Virus record (IMG/VR): IMGVR_UViG_3300046674_000395
Coordinates: 1 to 64,000 of that record
Strand: one strand, 5' to 3'
Length of the DNA stretch: 64,000 nt
From: a virus
Part shown: piece by piece, positions 8,030 to 17,198 of the stretch
How positions within the stretch are numbered: the stretch's first letter is position 1
Layout of the letters: every line of letters starts with the position of its first letter
Position numbers and translations under genes: made by a program
Notes under the pieces: model-generated
The model's database searches: none
Seen by the model: only the letters and a program-made list of their open reading frames with translations
What the model was told of the DNA's origin: nothing

Positions 8030-11000
8030 TCAGCTCGCGTTGAGTACCTGGATGAGCTCGCCCTGGGCGTTATGCACTTCAGCTCGGGCGATGGAAGCGA
8101 TGCCCTCGTTGCCGACCCACACGTTCAGCGACAGATCGCCGAGCTGCTGGCTTGCAGACCGGTTCGCCATCGAGGTGAGCGCGTTGGCCTGCGCCGTCGT
8201 GAACACCGGCTCCGGCCGGCCCGTGCCGTTGTTGACGAGGTTGAGGCCGGGCGGGATGTAGCCGCCGGAGTCGTAGGTGCCGGGCTTGAAGCCATACCAG
8301 CTGCCGAACAGCCGGTCGTTGTAGCCGCGAGCCCGGGAGCCCACGACGACACCAGCACCGCCGCGGCTTTCGACGTTGGTCTTGGCGATCGTTCCCGCCG
8401 TGTGGCCGACGCCGGCGTTGGTGATGCCGATCTTGAATGGGCTATTGCCGTGGTAGACCCAGCCGGGCGGGGCCGTCTTGCCCGAGAAGGCGCCAGTCGC
8501 CCACCTGCGGTGAGGCTTCTGACCTCGGATGACGGACTCGATCGCCGACATGAAACCGGAGCAGTCCCAGCTGGGGTTCCCGTTTCCGGCCCACTGGTAG
8601 GGCTTCCCGGCCTGCGTCTTCGCCCACTTCAGGCCTGCCGCGATCCGCGGTCCCCCGATCCCTCCGGCGCCCTTGTCGTCGGCCTGCTTGCTGTAGCCGA
8701 ACAGGGCATCAATGATTTTGTTGGGGATGTGGCGGATCATCTTCCCGATCCCGGTGTCCATGCCGGGGAACCGGGCGAGAAGCGGGTCGACGACGTGCTT
8801 GACGCCTGCACGAGCCGACGCCTCCAGGGTGTCGGCGAGCCAACTGGCGCCCTTCTTGATGGCGTTCCAGGCGTCCGATCCGGCGCCCTTCAGTGCCGAT
8901 CCGGCGGACTTGATCCATCCGAAGACGCCGCCGTCCGCGAACGACTGCACGATGCCGCCACGGGCGTACTGCGACGACCGGTCCGTGCTCATCGGCGCAC
9001 TGCCTCCGAACACCGGCGCCAAGGCCGCCTTGACGCCCTGCGCGCCTCGCGAGGACGCGATCGAGTTCAGCGTGTTGATGAACCCCGAGCCGACCGCGCG
9101 GGTGAACTCGGGCCGCATGATGGCCTCGCCGCCGGACAGATCCAACTGCCCGCCCGTCGGCGAGAAGAAGCGGTGCACATCCCTGCCCGGGGTGTAGCCA
9201 GGCATGATGCCGCCGGAGGCGAACTCGAACCGCTTCAGCTTGGGAGCACCGAACGCCCCGGCGATCATGTTCCAGACGCCACGGATGCCGTTGTTGTACA
9301 CGACATCCACCACGTACTGGACAGGGGCCTTGGCAATGCCCTTGATCTTGTCCCAGGCCGTCTTGATGCCCTTGCGGGCCCCGTCAAACGCGCCAACCAT
9401 TCTGTCGCGCAGGGTGTTTCCCCACCCCGGGATGGTCTTGGTAAAGAAATCACGGATGGGGTAGAGCGTGGTCCGCTTGATTGCGGACCAGGCGCTGGAC
9501 AAGCCGCGCTTGATGTCGTCCCAGTGCTTGATGATGGCCACGACTGCGAGGCCGATCGGCCCGCCGAGCGCACCGAGGATCCAAGGCCAGTTCCGCTTCA
9601 CCCAGTCCAACGTGAACTGGAAAATCCCAGGGATGGTCTTGGTGAAGAAATTCTTGAACGGCCCAGTGAACCAGTTGACGACCGCCGTCCCGCCCGTCTT
9701 CAGGGCTGACCAGACTGCATCCACGGCCGTCCGGAACCAGCCGAACTTGGTGTACGCGTAGATGACCGCAGCAATCAGTAGGCCGATCAACATCGCAACC
9801 CTGACCAGCGGGTTCTGGTTCATGACGAAGTTGAAAATTGCCTGGGCGATCGTCCACAGCCTGACCGCGACAATGATCCCGTAGATCAGCTGGATCATCC
9901 ACGGAGCCTTGTCCGCGATGATGCCGATAGCCTGGGCAACCCCGCCAAGAAGCCTCAGCAGCGGGCCCGAAAGCGGCGACAGGGCCTCTCCAACCTGAAG
10001 GAACGCAGACCCGAGCTTCCTGAAAGCGTCCCCGAGGAGCGGGGCCTTCTCCGACGCGAACGTCAAGAACCGCTCGAACTCCGGCGAACCCTTCAGCCCT
10101 GCACCCCAGTTGGCGAACCGCTTCGTGATGCGCTGCATGCGGGACGAGATGCCGTCCATGTGCGGCAGGAAGGCATCGACAATGCCCGCCATCCCCTTAA
10201 GGACATTCCCGAACGCGACACCCAGGCCAACGATCGCTGGCTTCACATTGGACTGCAGATCCTTCTTGAAGCCCTGCCAGAACGGTGACTTCACGGACTT
10301 CGAGGCCCGGTCCTGCAGCTCCTTGATCGCCGAAGCAGCACTCTTCACGAACGGGGTCAGCGTTGGCAGCATCTTCCGCAGCGACCCGAGCCCCCGCGTG
10401 AAAATCGGCATCACATCCGGCTGCAGAGACTTCGACCAGGCACCGAACGCGGTCCGCAGATCGAGGTACGCATTCATCGTGTCCCGGGCCGCCGGCGTCA
10501 ACTTCTCCAGCTCAGCCCGGTACTTGGCCTGCGCGATCGCCGCCTGATCCACCCCGCCAGCAGCCCCCATCGAGGCCGACTGGATCGCTCGCTGCGCCGA
10601 TGCGACCGAGTCCGCACCAGACTCCTGCGCCTGCACGACGCGCTCCTGAGCCCGCGCAATGTTCTCGGCGCCTTGGCGCTGCGCCTCCGCGACGTTCTTC
10701 TGTGCCTCGGCCAGCTTGTTCTGCGCCTCGGCGATGGCGCGCGTGTTCTCGAGCTGCGTCTTCGTGACGTCCTGCTGAGCGGTCTTCAGCGCCGCCGTCT
10801 TGTCGACGACATCCTGCTGCGCCGAAGCCAACTGCTCCTGAGCCGACTTCACGGCCTGTGAGCCCTCGACGCCAGCCTTGTTCGCCTTCGCCGTGTCCGT
10901 CGTGAGGCGCTTGGTTTCCAGGCGCTGTTCGTTGAGCCGCTGTACTGCCTGGTCGTAGGCGAGCAGCGCCTTCTGCTTGTCGAGGTCGCTCGCGTTGGCG

Positions 11001-12670
11001 TTGTCCAAGACCGCGTTGCGCCGTGCGGTCGCCTCGGTCAGGGCGATCTCGGCGTCCCGCTCGCTGAGCTTGGAGTCGGTGAGCTGGTTGTTCATGTCCT
11101 GCAGCTGCCGGGATGCCTCCGCGCGGGCGGCCGTCAGGTCCAACTGCGCCTGCCGAGAGCTCTTCTGTGCCTGCGCGAGATCCCGCTCGGCACCGTCGAC
11201 CGCCTGGTTCGCCTGCTGCATGCGGTCCGCAGCAGCCGCATACGCATCCGCCAGGCCGGTCCGAGCCTGCTTCACCTGTGCTGCGGCCTGGGCGTTCGCC
11301 TGCGCTGCCTGCCGCACCGCATCGCCGACAGCACGCTGGGCATCGGCGATCTGGCGGGACGCATTGCGCTGCGCGGAGGCGAGAGACTGCTGCGCGCCAG
11401 CCATCTGCAAGGCCTTCGACGCCGCCTGCGAGGACGCCTGACCGCCCTTGTTGGTCGCCGCGGTAGCGGCATCCTGGGCAGCCTTCTGCGCCTGCAGCAC
11501 GCCACCGATCTGCTTGAACGCGGGCACCGCGACCAGCGCGATCGCCCCGATCCCGGCCGCCGCCGCAACAGCAGCCGAAGTGATCGCACCCAAGCCGGCG
11601 GCAATCACCGGCAGAACCGGGATGAGTGCCGGGCCGAGCGCGAGGGCCGTCGTCACCAGCAGCTGCATGCCGCTGACATTCACGTTCACGGTCGCCGTCT
11701 GGCCGTCCAGCCTGTTGACGAGAGTCTGCATCGCTGCCAGCTGTGCTGCTGCGGCAGCCGCGTCCACACGGACGGCGACATCCGCGTCAGAAGCGGACAG
11801 TCGTTGCAGCCGAGCCTGGATTGCTTCGATGCGGGCCCTGGCCGTGGCGGTGTCCATGTCGACGCCGATGCGCACGTCCCGCAATGCGGTGAGCTGTGCG
11901 CGCAGCCGTGCGATCTCCACGTCGACGTCCGAGGAGTCGGCTCGGAGGTTGATGTTCGGGAGGGAAGCCTCCGCAGCCTGCACCTGTGCGCGCAGCCGCT
12001 GCCCGAACGTGCCGTCCGTCTCCACTCGTACCCGGGCAGGGTCGGCAGTCACCTCATCGATCTGCGCCTGAAGGGCCTGCAGAGAAGCGATAGCGCGGGC
12101 TGTGTCCGCCCGCACCGCGACATTCGGGTGAGCTGCTCCGAGGCGGCGCAGCCGCTCCTCGATGTCCGCCGCCTGCGCCCTGGCCGTCTCGGCGTCGATG
12201 TCGATGCCGATGGTCTTGTTCGACAGGGTCTCCATGCGGGCCCGCAGGCGCGCCAGATCAGCGTCGACACCCGTGTCCGACAGGCGGACATCGAGCTTCG
12301 GCATGCTGCGGAAGGCTTCCTGCAACTTCGCCCGCAGTGAGCGGGCGAAGGCGCCGCCCGTCTCTTCACCCTGCCGAGCTGCTGCAGGACGCGCCGCCTG
12401 GCCAGCCTGCGTGATGCCGTTGCGCACCGAAGTACGCAGCGCCGCAGTGATCCGGCTGGCAATCTGCTGGCCGATCTGCTGCCCGATCTGAAGGCCGACG
12501 TTTCCAACCTGACGCTGCAGCGCAGGCCCAAAAGCCCGACCAGCGGCGTTCCCTGCGTCCTGGCCCGCGCGCGTCGCGGCAGGAACCAGAGCACCCCTTA
12601 GCCGGTTGTAGATCCCCTGAGTGTTGGGGATGACATCGACCTCGACCGATCCGACAGAGATTGCAGGCAC
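8030..12670 (-). CDS. Tape measure protein with a C-terminal NlpC/P60-type peptidoglycan endopeptidase domain
   Basis: 1546 aa. Long Ala/Gln/Arg-rich coiled region, central TM/Gly-rich block, and the motif GKPYQWAGNGNPSWDCSGFMS...H near 8340-8640. GTG start with GGGAGGAGG. Confidence 0.9.
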   Translation of the reverse strand: MPAISVGSVEVDVIPNTQGIYNRLRGALVPAATRAGQDAGNAAGRAFGPALQRQVGNVGLQIGQQIGQQIASRITAALRTSVRNGITQAGQAARPAAARQGEETGGAFARSLRAKLQEAFRSMPKLDVRLSDTGVDADLARLRARMETLSNKTIGIDIDAETARAQAADIEERLRRLGAAHPNVAVRADTARAIASLQALQAQIDEVTADPARVRVETDGTFGQRLRAQVQAAEASLPNINLRADSSDVDVEIARLRAQLTALRDVRIGVDMDTATARARIEAIQARLQRLSASDADVAVRVDAAAAAAQLAAMQTLVNRLDGQTATVNVNVSGMQLLVTTALALGPALIPVLPVIAAGLGAITSAAVAAAAGIGAIALVAVPAFKQIGGVLQAQKAAQDAATAATNKGGQASSQAASKALQMAGAQQSLASAQRNASRQIADAQRAVGDAVRQAAQANAQAAAQVKQARTGLADAYAAAADRMQQANQAVDGAERDLAQAQKSSRQAQLDLTAARAEASRQLQDMNNQLTDSKLSERDAEIALTEATARRNAVLDNANASDLDKQKALLAYDQAVQRLNEQRLETKRLTTDTAKANKAGVEGSQAVKSAQEQLASAQQDVVDKTAALKTAQQDVTKTQLENTRAIAEAQNKLAEAQKNVAEAQRQGAENIARAQERVVQAQESGADSVASAQRAIQSASMGAAGGVDQAAIAQAKYRAELEKLTPAARDTMNAYLDLRTAFGAWSKSLQPDVMPIFTRGLGSLRKMLPTLTPFVKSAASAIKELQDRASKSVKSPFWQGFKKDLQSNVKPAIVGLGVAFGNVLKGMAGIVDAFLPHMDGISSRMQRITKRFANWGAGLKGSPEFERFLTFASEKAPLLGDAFRKLGSAFLQVGEALSPLSGPLLRLLGGVAQAIGIIADKAPWMIQLIYGIIVAVRLWTIAQAIFNFVMNQNPLVRVAMLIGLLIAAVIYAYTKFGWFRTAVDAVWSALKTGGTAVVNWFTGPFKNFFTKTIPGIFQFTLDWVKRNWPWILGALGGPIGLAVVAIIKHWDDIKRGLSSAWSAIKRTTLYPIRDFFTKTIPGWGNTLRDRMVGAFDGARKGIKTAWDKIKGIAKAPVQYVVDVVYNNGIRGVWNMIAGAFGAPKLKRFEFASGGIMPGYTPGRDVHRFFSPTGGQLDLSGGEAIMRPEFTRAVGSGFINTLNSIASSRGAQGVKAALAPVFGGSAPMSTDRSSQYARGGIVQSFADGGVFGWIKSAGSALKGAGSDAWNAIKKGASWLADTLEASARAGVKHVVDPLLARFPGMDTGIGKMIRHIPNKIIDALFGYSKQADDKGAGGIGGPRIAAGLKWAKTQAGKPYQWAGNGNPSWDCSGFMSAIESVIRGQKPHRRWATGAFSGKTAPPGWVYHGNSPFKIGITNAGVGHTAGTIAKTNVESRGGAGVVVGSRARGYNDRLFGSWYGFKPGTYDSGGYIPPGLNLVNNGTGRPEPVFTTAQANALTSMANRSASQQLGDLSLNVWVGNEGIASIARAEVHNAQGELIQVLNAS

Positions 12671-12691
12671 CGGGAGCCTCCTCCCAGTGCC

Positions 12692-13539
12692 CTACAGCGG
12701 GCGTTCCTTGAGCATCTCGAACAGGAGAGTCGCCTGCTCGTCGCTGATCTGCTGTTTCGGTTTCACCTGCTTGCCGCCCGGCCTACGAATAGGCTCAGGC
12801 GGTTTCGGCTTGGCCTTGCCCTTCTCAGTGTTCGCACTGGCGTAGGCGTAGGTCAGACCCGCTACTCGGTCGGCGACCACGGCAACCAGCTGCTCCAACT
12901 TCGACCAGCGATCCTTCTCCGGGTCACCCTTGTTGCCCTGCTCCGCAAGCTCCTCGTCCGACATCGCGTTACGGAGAACGGTCCACGTGGCGGACTCCGG
13001 CGGCAACCGCTGGATCAGCACCCGCAGGCGCCGGGACGTCATCTCGCCGCGGTGATAGGCGTCGAGCTGGTCGGCGTCACGCTGGTAGTAGAAGGCGAGA
13101 TCCGCTTCTACCGCCTCCGCGTGCGCCTCGACGACGGAGCGGGTCCACGCGATTTCCCCAGGCTCTCACCCGAGTGGTTCGCGGCATCCGTCACGAAGTC
13201 GTTGAACTCGCCGTTCGTCGGATCGATCTCGAAATACCGGTCCAGGTCGTCCGGGTGCAGCACCAGCTCGGCGAACTCGTCGAACTGGCCGGCGTTCAGC
13301 AGCCGGTGCCACGACTGCCGCCATGCAGCCGGGGGGATGATCCGCAGATCCTCGTCGGCCAGCGCCGCGGTCACGTAGTGGCCTTCGGCTTCGATCTCCT
13401 GGGCGTCTGCTTCGGAGACGTCCTGCTCGTCGAAGTCCTCGTCGGGTTCGACGGTGCGGCTGGCCGGCGGCCGGGAAGCGGACCTCGCGGCGGTGCGGGG
13501 CTTCCTGCTGCTAGCAGTGGTCTTGCGGGGTGTGGGCAT
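12692..13539 (-). CDS. Tail assembly chaperone G-T fusion produced by a -1 programmed frameshift
   Basis: The downstream frame is open from 13165 to 12692 and overlaps the end of the G frame. The shift site GGGGAAA lies in the overlap. Canonical position upstream of the tape measure. Confidence 0.65.
13108..13539 (-). CDS. Tail assembly chaperone (G-like)
   Basis: Acidic 143-aa protein between the major tail and tape measure genes. Confidence 0.75.
   Translation of the reverse strand: MPTPRKTTASSRKPRTAARSASRPPASRTVEPDEDFDEQDVSEADAQEIEAEGHYVTAALADEDLRIIPPAAWRQSWHRLLNAGQFDEFAELVLHPDDLDRYFEIDPTNGEFNDFVTDAANHSGESLGKSRGPAPSSRRTRRR
13153..13159 (-). promoter_or_regulatory. Candidate -1 ribosomal slippery site GGGGAAA
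   Basis: The zero frame reads CTG GGG AAA TCG; the -1 frame reads GGG GAA ATC and stays open for 157 more codons. Confidence 0.55.
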
Positions 13540-13588
13540 GGCGCGGGCTCCTTCTGTGGGGCGCGGGCGGGGTTGGGGGGTCGATAGA

Positions 13589-13636
13589 GGTGGGCGGGCC
13601 GGGCCCGCGCCGGCTGGCTATTCCAGCCCGCCCACC
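13589..13636 (-). terminator. Stem-loop after the major tail gene (partial terminator or attenuator)
   Basis: 11-bp stem GGTGGGCGGGC / GCCCGCCCACC enclosing a GC-rich loop, just downstream of the stop at 13640. Confidence 0.45.
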
Positions 13637-13639
13637 CGT

Positions 13640-14227
13640 TCAGGAGCCCGAGTAGACGGGCGTGGCGGGGATCTTGTCGACGTGGTAGACGGTGTTCCCG
13701 GACTCGTCCGGGTAGGTGGTGATCGTCCACTCGTAGCCGGACATCTCGTCCTGCTTGAAGGACACGTCAGAGCGGTCGTTGATCTCGCCCTGCGGCACGT
13801 AGAAGCCCTTGTAGGCGTCGCCGTCGATCACCAGGAACCAGAACGCCCTGCGGTCCGGAACGGGCGACGCGGTCTCGGCGAACTTGGTGATCCCGTCCTC
13901 GTCGGGCGCAAGGTCGGCGGCGTCCAGGCGGTACTGCAGCGACTGCACCGCGACTCGGCTCGTCTCCCAGACCGTGAGCCCGAACGTGCGCACCGACTTG
14001 GTGATCTGAGTACGGAACGGGCTGCTCAGACCCCACGGCGTGAACTCCTGCGAGTCCTCGTCGAACCCATAGGTGAGGCCGTCGTCGCTGATCGCGCCGA
14101 GCGGCTCCCACGGCGAGGCGGGCTGGACCAGCGGGGAGGCGGGAGCCGTCGAACCGACCGGCGCTACCCATCCTCCGCCGTTCGCGCCGACGAGCGCGAG
14201 GTCCGCGGCGCGGGTGATGTTGACCAT
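13640..14227 (-). CDS. Major tail (tube) protein
   Basis: Position between the tail terminator and the chaperones. Start ATG at 14227 (MVNITRAADLALVGANGGG) with a GGAGA RBS. Beta-rich 195-aa protein. Confidence 0.8.
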   Translation of the reverse strand: MVNITRAADLALVGANGGGWVAPVGSTAPASPLVQPASPWEPLGAISDDGLTYGFDEDSQEFTPWGLSSPFRTQITKSVRTFGLTVWETSRVAVQSLQYRLDAADLAPDEDGITKFAETASPVPDRRAFWFLVIDGDAYKGFYVPQGEINDRSDVSFKQDEMSGYEWTITTYPDESGNTVYHVDKIPATPVYSGS

Positions 14228-14299
14228 GAGATGTCTCCAGACATGGAAGAGCCCGCGCACGGGCGGGTACAGGGTCCGGCGCGGGCCCAAAACCGGCCG

Positions 14300-14692
14300 T
14301 CAGGAGACCGGGTGGCAGAAGATTTCGTAGGTCGCCCCGACACGGCGGAGCGAGGTGTTCTCGTAGGGGCGGATCGCAGGCAGCGCGAAACTCCCGGTGC
14401 GGCCGAACGCCGCCGTCGCGCTCGTCGAGCCCCGGAGCTCACCGGTCACCCAGCTATGCACCTGGTTTGCCAGGGCGATCGCATCGGCTCTGGTCTCGGC
14501 GTACACGTTGATGTCGACGATGGCCCGACTCAGTTTCAGCCCGTCATCGTTGCCACCGGGGATCTGCTCGATCTGGATCGTCGGCAACTCGCCGGCCAGG
14601 TTGTTGTCCAGCTCATCCCGCACCACCGCATCCGGAAAGCGGGCGGTCGCACGGGTGATGAGCTCCAGTTCAATGTCGACGAGAGCAGTCAC
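14300..14692 (-). CDS. Tail terminator / tail completion protein
   Basis: GTG at 14692 overlaps the stop of the upstream gene by one nucleotide. 130 aa in the canonical position. The track's N-terminal extension is a shadow. Confidence 0.65.
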   Translation of the reverse strand: MTALVDIELELITRATARFPDAVVRDELDNNLAGELPTIQIEQIPGGNDDGLKLSRAIVDINVYAETRADAIALANQVHSWVTGELRGSTSATAAFGRTGSFALPAIRPYENTSLRRVGATYEIFCHPVS

Positions 14693-15024
14693 TAGTTCCG
14701 CCCACCCTGCAATGCTGCACGTAGCAGAACGTGATGGGCCGGACCGCCACCTGGACCGTTGCCGTACTCCACCCAGCGGGCGTAGTAGGCACCGTTCCGG
14801 ACCCGGCCGACAGCCCTGTCCCGGCGGCGACCACCGCGGGAAGTGCTGTCCGCCTTCCATGCCGCCTTGTAGTGCCCGGGATGCGGCCCCCCAACGTCCA
14901 CGGGAGAGATCGCCACCGCGACGCCCTTGATGCGCTCGGCTCGGCGCAGCATCTCCGCCTGGATCATCGGCGACTTCAAGAGCTGACCTACACCTTTGCG
15001 CTTCATCTTGAACCGTGCTGCCAT
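14692..15024 (-). CDS. HK97 gp10-family head-tail joining protein
   Basis: MAARFKMKRKGVGQLLKSP...YYARWVEYGNG pattern typical of the gp10 family. Confidence 0.7.
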   Translation of the reverse strand: MAARFKMKRKGVGQLLKSPMIQAEMLRRAERIKGVAVAISPVDVGGPHPGHYKAAWKADSTSRGGRRRDRAVGRVRNGAYYARWVEYGNGPGGGPAHHVLLRAALQGGRN

Positions 15025-15059
15025 AGCCCCTCCAAGAACTCACGCAACTGGGGGCGGAC

Positions 15060-15380
15060 ATGGACGTCAAGGGCGTGCTCGGCACGATCAGCTTCGACGG
15101 GGAATGGGTGACCATCACCAAGACGCCCGTCGGACCCAAGCCGGCACCAGTACGGATCCGGGCGGCCGACATCACCGGAACCCGCTTCAAGGCGGGCAGC
15201 CGTCTGTTCCACGGCTATGTGCAGTTCGTACTGCCTGGCAGTACGGCTGCGGGCGAGAAGAGCGGGCTGTCCCACGGCGGTCGCCCACCCTACGAAGACC
15301 CGCACAGCCTGTCCATCCCGCGAAAGAGCAACGACGCCGCCGAGAAGCTCGTCGCCGCAGTTGAGCAGGCACGGCCCTAG
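15060..15380 (+). CDS. Antisense moron: DUF4429/bacterial PH-domain-like protein
   Basis: The only protein-like frame in a 352-nt gap in the connector cluster. The sequence GTISFDGEWVTITK...HGYVQFVLPG resembles DUF4429. Minus-strand frames here are Arg/Pro junk. Confidence 0.6.
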   Translation: MDVKGVLGTISFDGEWVTITKTPVGPKPAPVRIRAADITGTRFKAGSRLFHGYVQFVLPGSTAAGEKSGLSHGGRPPYEDPHSLSIPRKSNDAAEKLVAAVEQARP

Positions 15381-15739
15381 CCCGTCACCCGGTCCGCAGC
15401 GAACTGGATCGGCCCGCGAGTGCCGGTGAATGGACTGTGTCCCCAGTCGCCGGGCTCGCCGGTGATGTCGCACTTCACGCCCCGAATCATGGCCTGGTCT
15501 GTGGTGCGAATCGGCCTCCCGGCCGGGGCGTAGACCGTCCATCCGACGATGACCGTGTCTCTCGCCTGTTGCTTGTCTCCGCCCACCTGAGGCGTCTCCG
15601 CCCGTGGCGTGACCACGCAGCCGTCCAAGTCGAACGACTCGTCCGGCCCCGGCTCGGGCTGACCGCGCGGACCGCGGCCCGGCGATTCACCGGTGCGCAG
15701 GATCCGCACCGTCTCGCCGAAGGGATACGGGGCGGGCAT
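15377..15739 (-). CDS. Head closure / head-to-tail adaptor protein
   Basis: ATG at 15739 overlaps the upstream stop (TGATG). 120 aa in the canonical position. Confidence 0.6.
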   Translation of the reverse strand: MPAPYPFGETVRILRTGESPGRGPRGQPEPGPDESFDLDGCVVTPRAETPQVGGDKQQARDTVIVGWTVYAPAGRPIRTTDQAMIRGVKCDITGEPGDWGHSPFTGTRGPIQFAADRVTG

Positions 15740-16155
15740 CAGGGATACCCCCAGCCCGGCTCGTAGTCCTCCGCCCAGACGGTGCCATCGTCGAGCGGCC
15801 AAGTCGGCGACGGATCCGCAGTAGCCGGAGTCGGATCGACAGTGAACGCGCCCCCGCGACCTGCAAGGGACTTGAGCGCCGACTTGTCGGCCTTCGTCAG
15901 ATACAGGCCACCCGAACCGGACGGGCGCTGCACCGACATCGGGCCGATCGTCTCGTAGGACACCTGCTGCGGATTCACGTAAGCGCGGCCGGCTACCGAC
16001 AGAACGACCGCGTCCGCACCTTCTGGCAGCGGCTTCACGATCGTCTGGCACAGGCTGATCGCCTTGGCGATCAGCAGATCGCCACGGTTGCCGTCGATCT
16101 CACCCAGGCCTAGATACATGCCCAGCTCTTCGACGGTCGGCGGGGTGAATGCCAC
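15739..16155 (-). CDS. Head-tail connector (gp6-like) protein
   Basis: GTG at 16155 preceded by AGGAGG. The N-terminal TVEELGMYLGL...DLLIAKAISLCQ is typical of the Phage_connect_1 type. Confidence 0.65.
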   Translation of the reverse strand: MAFTPPTVEELGMYLGLGEIDGNRGDLLIAKAISLCQTIVKPLPEGADAVVLSVAGRAYVNPQQVSYETIGPMSVQRPSGSGGLYLTKADKSALKSLAGRGGAFTVDPTPATADPSPTWPLDDGTVWAEDYEPGWGYP

Positions 16156-16163
16156 GACGCCTC

Positions 16164-17198
16164 CTATCGGGCCAGGCCCTCCACGACGCTGCACCAGGCA
16201 GCTAGGTCGACGGAGGGATCCAGTTCGGTAGAGCGGGCCTTGGCGCGCTTGAACGCAAGCCGGTACTCGGCAGCCGTGCCCAGCTTCCGCAGCACAGCTT
16301 CGTAGCCGGCGACGTCCTCCCGGTCGACGAAAATCCCAGCCTCGCCCAGCGACTCGCACAGACCAGGCGTCGGGTGAGCAACGACGGGGATACCAGACGC
16401 CAACGCCTCGCAGCCCGCGCGGCCCCACGACTCGTAGGACGACGGCATCAGCAGCACGCGGGTGCGGGCGTAGACCTTCTCCCGCATCTCGTCACCGGGA
16501 ACATGCTCGACGATCTCAACGTTGGGCAGGTCCGGGAGGATCTGCTCGCCATAGGCGCCGCGCACAGCGATGAACTGCTGATCCGGCATCCGTCGGGCCA
16601 AGGCCTCAAGGACCTTCCCACCCTTCTCCGGGTTGCAGTTGATCAGCGTGATGGCCTTACCAGGCTTCGTCGCGTACTCCTCGGCGAACACCGGCGGGCG
16701 CACGATCAGAGACGACTCAGGCCGAACCGACTTCGGGTACTCGGCGAAGAACAGATCCGCCTCGACCTGCATCCACTGCGAGTTGTAGACAGCCAGAGCT
16801 GTGCCGCCCGCAGCAGCATCCCGGAACGACTGTCGGTGCGTGTTGTGGCACACGACCACCAGCGGCTTTCCGTACCCGCGGGCCATCGACGCCGTCGACG
16901 GCACCGTCTCCAAATGCCCGATCAGCAGGTCAGAACGCTTAACGGCCGCCTGAAGGTCAAGCCGCGACTCCAGCGGGATGACCTTGATGCCGCGGTACTC
17001 GTACTCCTTGTGGGCCTTGCCGTAGCGGGAAAGCCACACCTGCACGTCGTGGCCGCGCTCCACCAGAGGCCGCAGCATCGAGACGAGCATGTGCTCGGCC
17101 CCCGCATTGTGCTCCGGCGGCATCGCATGAACGCGGGCCACGATTCGCAGGGGCTTGGCTGCCCCGCCCGGCGCGGACACCGGGACAGCCCTACCCAT
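16164..17198 (-). CDS. GT-B fold glycosyltransferase (GT4/GT1-like), translationally coupled to the capsid gene
   Basis: E-x7-E motif ESWGRAGCEALASGIPVVA. Rossmann-like N-domain (RIVARVHAMPPEHNAGAEH). Its ATG overlaps the capsid stop (TGATG). Confidence 0.8.
   Translation of the reverse strand: MGRAVPVSAPGGAAKPLRIVARVHAMPPEHNAGAEHMLVSMLRPLVERGHDVQVWLSRYGKAHKEYEYRGIKVIPLESRLDLQAAVKRSDLLIGHLETVPSTASMARGYGKPLVVVCHNTHRQSFRDAAAGGTALAVYNSQWMQVEADLFFAEYPKSVRPESSLIVRPPVFAEEYATKPGKAITLINCNPEKGGKVLEALARRMPDQQFIAVRGAYGEQILPDLPNVEIVEHVPGDEMREKVYARTRVLLMPSSYESWGRAGCEALASGIPVVAHPTPGLCESLGEAGIFVDREDVAGYEAVLRKLGTAAEYRLAFKRAKARSTELDPSVDLAAWCSVVEGLAR

Noticed and set aside
7826-9709. Long antisense or alternative-frame ORFs (for example 7826-9709 +, 41193-43568 +, 43595-45046 +, 49608-50810 -, 58061-59458 -, 61512-62753 -, 16374-17267 +, 3857-4948 +)
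   Set aside because: These are typical high-G+C shadow ORFs. They have Arg/Pro/Gly/Ala-dominated low-complexity translations, lie opposite or overlapping genes with clear domains, and have no RBS or coupling logic.
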